Assembly: GCF_009914755.1 (NCBI RefSeq)
Contig: NC_060931.1
Reading direction: 5' to 3' (one strand)
Source of the DNA: the human T2T-CHM13v2.0 reference genome, Homo sapiens
Length of the DNA stretch: 64,000 nucleotides
A program made the translations under genes and the position numbers. The first letter of the stretch is position 1. The number at the start of each line of letters is the position of its first letter. Below the pieces are notes generated by a model. It saw only the letters and a list, made by a program, of their open reading frames with translations, had not been told where the DNA came from and made no database searches. This document shows positions 55,051 through 64,000 of this stretch, piece by piece.

Positions 55051-55511
55051 TAATTACTTTAATACTTGATAATTTTTACTTCACCAGGATTGTAGAACAC
55101 ACACACATGCATGTATGCATGCACATGTGCACACACACAAAGCTTTAACTTACTGTTTAAAAAGGACTGCTATGGCAAAGACAGTGGGGCTTAAATATCT
55201 TCTGTCCTGTGCTGTACTCCCCAGTCTCTGTGCATTCAGTTTTGGCCAACAGACAATGAGAAGAAATGGCATGTTATTTAGTCCTGTCACTTAGGACTAG
55301 TAAGCAGAGGTCCTCTATGCACTCTTGTTTGTTTTTCTTTCTGCAATACAGGGACTTATAAGTCATGTTATGACTTATGTTAGTCAGTTAAGATAGTGTT
55401 GTCACAAATTGGTGGAAGCCTGAATTCCGGAGGCACCAAATAGAAATGAGCCTCTGTCAAATCACATTTGGCATTTTATAAGTGAGAAATAACCTCTCGC
55501 TATATTAGGCC

Positions 55512-55823
55512 ATTTTAGGTCAGGTTCCTGAGAATCAGAGCCTTTAGTGAGGATGCTTGTAGAAGGAATTATTGAGTGAGTGCCTTGGAGTGAAAACTCT
55601 AAGAGAGGGAAGGAAGCATAGCATAGAGAAGTCACCTGAGCAAAGATGCAGTTAGTTGACATATACACTCAGCTTGAAGTGCTTAATGGAAACATCCAAG
55701 GTGCCTCTTATCTGCTGAGAGGGTGCAGTTGAGAGCCGTTAAGCAACCAACATTCACAGTATCAGGGAAAGAGCACATTATTGGAAAGAATATCTAGGCT
55801 GGGCCCCAACAGAGTTGATTACA
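55512..55823 (-). mobile_element. LTR33-like ERVL LTR remnant
   Basis: TTTAGGTCAGGTTCCTGAGAATCAGAGCCT...GCAACCAACATTCACAG. Confidence 0.5.
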
Positions 55824-55879
55824 GTACCTAAGATATTAGGGATAATTTTCTACTGCAGTGTATCCTGGCCTATCCTGTG

Positions 55880-56570
55880 TTGGCCAACAAAATTGCAAGA
55901 TGTCCTCAATGCAGTAATTGAATAGCCCTTTCTATCCACCATGACTTGAAAAGCCACCATTAGTATACACTGAATTTCACTTATAAGGGACTGTTTCTGG
56001 GCTATTTTTGGTTATTAATAGATACCCTTTTTCTTCTTTTGCCAAAAACATATTGCCTTAATTGCTGCGCGTTTAAAGTAAGTTTTTCTTATCTAGTGAG
56101 GAATTATACAGTAATCTATCTTTTTAACAAAATATTGGCTGCTATTATGCATTTTAACTTATATAAACTTTAAACTCAAACTGTTAAGTTATACCCAAAA
56201 AACCCATATATGTTGTATTGAATTTATAAATTAATATGTGCAAAAGGAACATTCTTAAAACACTTAGTAACCCTACCCAAAAATATATTCTATTTTGTGA
56301 CTTCGTGTTGTGGTGTCTTATTGTTACTTTAATTGTTTTTATATGGTTGTTTCAATTTCCATTAACTTTCTAGTCCTCATTACTATCTCATATGCAACAT
56401 TTTGCCCCTCTGTATTTTTAATTTGTTATTGCCAGATGATGGCAATTCTGACACTTGTACATGTACTTTCTCCAGCACTTTCTAAAATCTCATAAGAAAC
56501 GGAATAATTTTATCATTGACATTTTTTAGTTCTAGGTCATATGGTAACATGTACAATAAATTGTATTGTT
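55880..56570 (-). mobile_element. Very old L1ME ORF2 fragment
   Basis: GACTGTTTCTGGGCTATTT..CCAAAAACATATTGCCTTAATT follows the reverse L1 ORF2 pattern. Confidence 0.5.
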
Positions 56571-57049
56571 CAAAAAAATAAAATTAATAAGTTCATTTAC
56601 TGTAAACCTTGGGGAAAATGAACAGAGGGCTAGACAGAGTTAAAGGACTGCCTAGGATACATAAAGAATAGAAAAGCTGTTCAAGTGAGATACCACTAAG
56701 TAATAGGTGAGTAAAATACTTAGAAGAAAAAATTTCAATGTTGCCACTGCAAACATGTATATGTTTGCATATCTGCTTGGTGTCAGTGTTCGGAGGAGGG
56801 AGGAAATAGAATATCTTTTACAAATATTAACAATATTTACTAATTTTGAGAAGTTATCTGTGTGTACTTAATCCAATAAAATACTGTTGAGTTGAATAAA
56901 TGACCAAACAATTTTCTCATCGATTTAAGCATGATTTGGGGGTCCTCCTTGATACTCTACACTCAGTACAGAGTTGACAAGGTCAGTGTTGGGCAGCCCC
57001 TAATGCTTGTTTAGAATTTGACAATTTGCAAAGCTCCAGGGCAATCGGC

Positions 57050-57580
57050 TTCACATTGCTCTCCATCCCACCTCCATCCTCTTTCCGGGAGATGTTTAAA
57101 AAGGCAAACCTGACACTATCACTTTTTTAAAACTTGTTCATTCTTCATTGCCCTCAAGATAAAATGTAACCTTTTTATGATGGCATAAAAGAGCCTTCAA
57201 AACTTAGTCCCAAATGATCTTTACAGCTTCATTTTCCACTATAAACTTCCCTTCTGTATACATCATATTCCAAGTTTTCTGAAGGAACTATACATTTTAA
57301 CACCTCTGGCTTTTTAATTTGACTGCTCTGTATGCCTAAAATTCTCTTCCCATCCCTCATCAAAAACTTATGCCCATCTTTAGAGACCCAAGTGGGCTGT
57401 TACCTCCTCAAAGTAACTCTCTCTAATACCTAGAAAAGTATATTAACATAGCCTTTTGTAAATGTCTACACCAAGAGATGATTTGCAATGCATTATTATC
57501 TCTTTGTGTGTCTATCTGTTCCATTGGGCTATGATTTTCCTAAGGTGAGTCACTATGTTTTTATATCTTTTGTATCACCA
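57050..57580 (+). mobile_element. L2 fragment
   Basis: CATTGCCCTCAAGATAAAAT..ATGGCATAAAAGAGCCTTCA..GTTACCTCCTC. Confidence 0.6.
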
Positions 57581-58029
57581 TTCAAATACAAAAGGATGGA
57601 TGATGCTTACTCTTATGATTTGGACTTTGAAGCGTGGGAGGGAAGTATGACTTGGTTTCTCATCCCATTTTAACACCATGAAGTGAAAAAAACAGAGAGT
57701 CCCTGAGTATGTGCCCATCCTCTGCCTAGAAGAAGCTTTATGTAACACTGATGACTGGCATTTTGCTGACTTGGAAAGTAATGATAGAAGAAAGGATAAT
57801 GACTGGCATCAGACCATGATCCCCTAAACATCCAGACATCCTTTGGTTTGAAGGGAAGTAAATATTCCTAAGAAGTAGAAATTCCTACTAAATTATTGGA
57901 TATGGTCATGGTTACCAATTCTATTTGAATAAGAAATTACTTAAAAGAATATAAATCTTCAAGTATGCTAATAATCCCCTTATTCTTGGAGCCGGGGACT
58001 GTAAAAGTCCCTATGCCTTTCTATTTGCC

Positions 58030-58300
58030 TTTGAAATTGAGGCACAACTCCAACAGAAAGCTTTCCTTGACCACCCTGGGCTGTCAAGGAAAGTAATCTC
58101 TTCGTGTTGCTCTGCCATCACGATATTCATTCACATTGCTATCTCTATCCTTATTACTTTGTATTCTAATTGTTGTTTATAGGTTGTGGGTTTCTCAAAA
58201 GAGGCTGGATCTTGGTCCTCATTTGTCTCTACTTCCTAACAGAACTCCAGAAAAATTATCAGCATTCATCAATATGTGTTGGATGAAAGAATCAATCCAT
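58030..58300 (+). mobile_element. L2 3' end
   Basis: CAGAAAGCTTTCCTTGACCACCC...CATTCATCAATATGTGTTGGATGAAAGAAT. Confidence 0.55.
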
Positions 58301-59419
58301 CAGTATTATAAAATGTAAGCTTATAGACCAGGGATTTTAAAGTCTACCTAGCTAAATTTTCATAAGAAGTTTTCTATACCCTTTGCTCATATCTAGGATT
58401 TTAAAAACATTTAGAAAATTAGAATTCCTAAATGTAAGAGAGAAAATTTTTATCTTCAGGCTCTGCACAAGCATGTTAGTTATATTCTCAGGCATTGACT
58501 AGAGTGCTTGAGTGGGTCAAGACACTGTCATTAGGAACAGAAATATTAAAAATAATAACATATGAAGAAAATCTGTAATAGGGCAAAACCCACAATGTGT
58601 AAGCCACGCTCCTTTTTTAAAATCTGAAACAAAGTCACAGACCCAGAAATATTTTTACAGTTTGCTACATTATTATTTTGGACTGGGTGCACAGTTTAGT
58701 TTCTATTTTTATTTCTAAGTTTAAAAAAAACTGTAAAAAAAAAACTGGGTTCTCTAACAACTAGAATAACCTTTTGGAGCTGTTCATATACCACACTTGG
58801 ACTTTATAGAGAAATCTGGCTAACTTACTTTTGGAGAACAAGAGTCTTACAACAGAGAAGTAGTTTCTACGAATGCAGCTAGAAGTATATATATTTTTTA
58901 ATACTGAATATTCTTGAGAAATGAAAATGACATGGATTTGATACCTTTGGGGCTTTAGAACCAATAGAATAATGCAGGCAGTTTGTGCTTGTATAATCCT
59001 CTTGGAAGATTCCAAAAAAGTAATGACCTAGAATTGAAAGACATGTGTGAAGCACCATAGGAATACCATGAGTGCATGAAAACAAGATTCCCCTGTTCTA
59101 AAGGTCTTGGTGGCTTATGAGTGGGGTATACAAAATAAGGAGCTGCTTTCTTTCCAACTAAGAGGAACAAGACCTCTTCCAGGATAGTTTTGAGCTAGCT
59201 AGTGGATCTGGCAGTGAATTTACACTTTCTAAATAGATATTCCAGCTTTCTCTGACCCTTTTCCCTCTTAGGCTCTCATCTAGCAAAGAAAACCAGCTTA
59301 TTTTCTCTTTGAAGGTTAGTGCTGTGTGATGTATCTCAGATCTTGCTCCAGATGCAGTTACTCCCATGCTTTGAATACAGTAAATGCTTATCCTTCGTAT
59401 CTTTAAAACAAAAAGGGTA

Positions 59420-59625
59420 TAGATTCGGGTTTAAAAGGACCTGAATTTGAGGCCTGGCTCTCTCATCAATGAGCAATTATGTTTAGATGGTTGGAATAAG
59501 AACAAATTTTATTATAACATTATCAAGTTTAACTAAAATTATGGCAATGTCTATTTTATAGGTTTGTATAGACTAAATGGAGCATACGTATAAAGAGTCA
59601 CACACCTAAGGAATGGTAGATTCTT
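59420..59625 (+). mobile_element. MIR remnant
   Basis: GACCTGAATTTGAGGCCTGGCTCT...GACTAAATGGAG. Confidence 0.45.
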
Positions 59626-59690
59626 GTTTTTGTTGATATTCTAGAGAAGGCTTTTGTTGATCACTTTGAACGTAGAGCAGGAATACAATC

Positions 59691-60234
59691 TGTGATGGTT
59701 AATATTGAGTGTCAGCTTGATTGGATTGAAGGATACACAGTATTGTTCTTGGGTGTGTCTATGAGGATGTTGCCAAAGGAGGTTAACATTTGAGTCAGTG
59801 GACTAGGAGAGGCAGACCCACCCTCAATCTTGATGGGCACCATCTAATCAGCTGCCAGTGTGGCTAGCATAAAGCAAGCAAACATGGAAGGACTAGACTG
59901 GCTGAGTCTTCCAGCCTCCGTCTTTCTCCCGTGTTAGATGCTTCCTGCCATCGAACATTGGACTCCAAGTATTTCAGCTTTTGGGCTCCTGGACTACACC
60001 AGTGGTTTGCCAGGGGCTCTTAGGCCTTTGGCCACAGACTGAAGGCTGTCCTGTCAGTTTCCCTACTTTTGAGGTTTTGGGAATCGAACTGGCTTCCTTG
60101 CTCCTCAGCTTGCAGAGGGCCTATTGTGGGACTTCCCCTTGTGATCCTGTGAGTCACTTGTCCTTAATAAACTCCCTTTCATATATGCATCTATCCTATT
60201 AGTTCTGTTTCTCTAGAGAACCCTAACTAATACA
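59691..60234 (+). mobile_element. MLT2A (A2-like) solo LTR of ERVL
   Basis: TGTGATGGTTAATATTGAGTGTCAGCTTGATTGGATTGAAGGA...CTAGAGAACCCTAACTAATACA; TSD CAATC (59686-59690 and 60235-60239). Confidence 0.92.
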
Positions 60235-61039
60235 CAATCCCCGTAGGAGAGTTCTGTAGAAATAGAGATGAAAAGGGCAAGGCTAAAGTCTTTCCTTGCA
60301 TACATGAGACATACTTGGGTAGCATTTCTGTAGAGCCCAGTAATCACTTGTGTTGCTTGGTTTACTCTGACATGAATTTGGAAGCTTGCACTCTCAGTTT
60401 TAAAGTGGATGTGAAGTACAGAGATGAATGGTTCTTTTTGAACTGAATGGCTTTAAAGATATCTTTGCACAGGATAAACTCATCAGGAGTGGCAAGTGAT
60501 AAATGAGGGTTATAAAAATTTAGGAATCTTTTACTTATCCTAATTGATGGCTCTCACAAGAGGATTCACAACTTTTTTGTTAGTTGCTCTTTACTTTCTC
60601 CAATGTCTGAAGTCTTAAAACAGCAGAGAGTTTGAGGGGTTTTCGTAAAGTTAATTAATGTTAATTGTGTCATGAATTACTTTAAGGAGTCTGTTGAGTG
60701 ATGGACCCAGAGAAGAGGGTCGATACCATTTAATGTTCAATAGGGGATAATGCTGGTCTTTGGCACCGTTTTACGATCATTAGGGCCATGCTAAAGCTTG
60801 TCAGGAACAGCTCTAAAGATCAGTTGCTCATGGCAATTAAAACAATTGAAAATGACCTGGTATTACATTATACATGATGCAACACTGCTCCCAGTATGAA
60901 CAAACTTTCATTCCATTAGTGATTTTCAATTTCATACCAAGCACTGCAATTTATTTTTCTTAGTTACCTAACTATGGCTGTCTCTGTACTTCTAGCAGGA
61001 TATTATTAATATTTATCCTATTATCTCATACAACATTTC

Positions 61040-61185
61040 ATACTTAAAGCACTTTGCAATCTTAACTAATTAATCTTTATATCCTGCCTAAAAGGATGGT
61101 AAAATACCCTTTTAGAGTTAGGGAAACTGGGTTGAGAGTGGTTAAGAATTGGCCATCAAGAAAATGATCTGATGGGTTCGAAGGG
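61040..61185 (-). mobile_element. MIR fragment
   Basis: TTTTAGAGTTAGGGAAACTGGGTTGAGAGTGGTTAAGAATTGGCC. Confidence 0.5.
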
Positions 61186-62189
61186 CTACATTTGGGCCTT
61201 TTTTCTCTCCCCTTGCAACGAAAATTAATGAACCTTTGTCTTGAAAGATCATACCCTGAAGTATAAATGGCCTCTTACCCCCTAAGAGAGGTAAATGGAA
61301 TTATTTTTAATAGAATCTATTCTCCAAGCAAAAAAGAATTTAAAAAATTTGTCACCAATAAATACAGAGAATAGAAAGAGGTTTAGTGATTTTTTTTCAT
61401 GTTAAAACTGTTACCTATTTTGAGGAACTAGTGAACTAAATTTTATTCAAAGTACATAAAGTATATACAAATTTTTCAAAAACAATATGTTTTAGAGATA
61501 TAATAATAGAAAGAATACCTAATAAATATTAGACAGATATCAGGGATGGTAGGAACATGACTAAGCTGTAACAATGAACTGGTAAATTTTATATTTACTC
61601 TAATTTGCTGATCAGGCAACTGAAGCTTGGAGAGTTTGACTTACTTATGAATACATATTTGATAAACAACAATGCTTAAACCAAAACACAAGTCTGTCTG
61701 AATCAGAAGTCCTTAGTTTTTAGGTTACAAAAATACCACTTCCCTGGTAGTGAACAGAAACTAACTAATTTCCAATTTACAAATCCCGTACTTGACACAA
61801 CAATGATCTGTTTTATTCTGATGCATTGTCTTATTAGACTCATTACTAAAGACCACTCTGCATGCCCCAAATGTGCTGTCTTTCCTTCACCACTCCCACC
61901 CCTCAGCAGAGTTTGTGCCCCCAACCCAACCAAAACTTCTACCTTCTGCCTCCCTGCATCCCTTCCTCTCCTCAGGGGTCATGAAAGAACTGATGTCACA
62001 GCCCCCGCTCCTACAAATCTGATTCTTTCACTATCAAACGAGGCCTTACCCTAATCTGAATAAGTTTGATACCTTCTGCCCATACTTTTCTCTTACTTTT
62101 ATGGAGAAAGGTGTCCACATTTTAAACAATGGATTTAAATACCATTTTGAAACTAACCTTGTTATGAACCGAAGACACACACATATAAC

Positions 62190-62295
62190 TGTCTTTTTCT
62201 TTTGACTTCTTTTTCTTCTTCCTCTTGTCCTCCCCATGCCCTCATCTCCTCCTCCCAACCTGTTCCTCATTCTCTTTCTCTTCATCTTCCTTATC
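62190..62295. repeat. CT-rich low-complexity tract
   Basis: Almost purely pyrimidine tract. Confidence 0.85.
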
Positions 62296-64000
62296 ACATA
62301 GTTCTAAGCTTTTAATGCATGTTGGAATAATAGTAAATGTATTTTATATAGTCAGAGATATTAGTTTAAATCAATTTTGTCTGGGTGACTGAAATGTATT
62401 CTAAAATGATTTCATTTTATATCCATTTTGGAAATGCTAAATTATGTGCAGTGGACATGGAAAGGAATGTATTGATAGTATAGGGATTTGTCATGGGAAA
62501 CCACTGTGCTAACAACAAATATGTTTACAAGATACATATTTAACTCAGGTGAAAGTGAGACAACAAAAGAAAACTAATAAACCAATAGAAACTGCTTCTA
62601 CAGAGGATGATTTATGTTACCTAAAGATCTCTATTCCACCTGGATTCAGTTATTTAGAAATTATGACAAAACCGAACGATTCTGCAAGATAAAGCATTGA
62701 AAGTTTTGAGGTAATGGGGAAAATCCAAATGGATAGGGGAAAATTCATAGGGATAGGGGAAAACCAGCAAGGTTGGGTGGTATATAGAAACAGTAAAAAC
62801 ACTGCATAAGTACATAAATGATCCTTATGGCTATTAACCAAGGAGGAATTGCAAAGAATAAAAATATAGGTTAGAGTATCTATATGAAATCCTGCGCATT
62901 GTAAGATATTAAAATCTATAAAGACTACAAAAATAAATAAAAATCTTGTTCTGACTTTTTTTCCTATTCATCAAAGTTCATTTTGGCTACACCTATGAAA
63001 GGTCAAAAATAAAAAGTAAGAGGTAAAAAATGTAACCAATAATACAAATGTTTTGAAACATACACTTTACTCATATGCATTAAACTGTACTTTTTCAGTC
63101 TTCTCTGTTCTTTTCTGATAATGCAATTCTGTTTGTCTTACTCGTTACTCGAATTTTTTTCACCTGTGGAATACTGTTTGCACATTTATTTTTGTGATTT
63201 TTTAGCAAGAAAGAAGGGAAAGCTGATGAGTCATTTTCAACTTTTTTATTCTAAAAAAATTGGAGAAATTAACCTCTTATTGAGACCTACAATGTGCATA
63301 ACCTGTGTGACAAGCTCAAAGAAGGATTTCAATCAAGTAAGGCTATGGTTAAGCTTGTTAACCAGCTTCATGCTTATTATCTAATCAAGACAGTGACACA
63401 TGAAAACATAAAACTGTAAAGAATAATTTTGGTAAATAAGTGTCCCAAATGAATAAATATTACAATCAGGGACTACTGTAGAAATCCTGAAGAGGCAACA
63501 TTACTTTCAACAGTCATGCCACACGTACATTTATACTTTTAAGTTGAATTTAAGAAAAAATAACAATTTAAATGTGTTTTTAGTTTGGTGCCATTGGGGT
63601 AGTGATCCAACTTTTAGAATCACAGTTTATATACTTTCTGGGAGCAAATATAAACATATTATCATATCCATGTCCAGTTAAATGATAAGGAAAGTCGTGG
63701 GTCTGATGTGAATGGAAGATATGCAATTTGGGGATTCACATTTACTCTCTCCATCTCTTAGGCTTGTGCAGCAAGTATGCACCACAGCATTCTAAAACCT
63801 GTGATAGCTACTCCATAGTATAACTTGGGTGAGTCTTGTGTAAAACCAGTGCATTATGGCTGTCTTAATATTAGAGTAACTATGTCAAAGTGATTTTTCC
63901 TATGTTGTGGATATCTAATGATAGTGACAGGAAGTAATTGTGAAAAGCGAGAGCTCAGACTGGTTTGTGGTTTAGGTTACTTTTTGGATATTAGTGGACA

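Noticed and set aside
62046-62297. Lys/Arg-rich ORF (also 10474-10668)
   Set aside because: Translation artefacts of CT/GA low-complexity tracts.

Overview
This is AT-rich, CpG-depleted primate (most likely human) nuclear DNA from an intergenic or deep-intronic region. I find no intact protein-coding gene, RNA gene, CRISPR array or CpG-island promoter. The ORF-track ORFs that resemble known proteins are LINE-1 remnants; the rest sit in Alu/LTR repeats or look like chance ORFs. Much of the window is transposon relics: LINE-1 of many ages (L1ME/MC/MB/MA/PB, a near full-length L1PA7-type copy at 36154-42545 and a 3'-deleted L1PA5-type 5' half at 44729-46379), five full Alus, MaLR/ERVL/ERV solo LTRs (several with clear 5-bp TSDs), Tigger/MER DNA transposons, L2 and MIR. 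The most informative structure is a ~12-kb nested insertion stack at 34130-46380. It contains a probable retroposed mRNA 3'UTR, an L1PB with a twin-priming inversion and a possible short 3' transduction, an L1PA7 insertion with target deletion, and ORF0 remnants. Other notable items are a perfect 80-bp tandem duplication, a quasi-palindromic AT-rich tract, several templated-repair scars and two well-flanked candidate minus-strand micro-exons. I see no convincing previously undescribed biological system; the best speculative lead is an L1-promoter-driven spliced minus-strand non-coding transcript. Subfamily names come from recalled consensus sequences and need RepeatMasker/Dfam confirmation; boundaries of old repeats are approximate.
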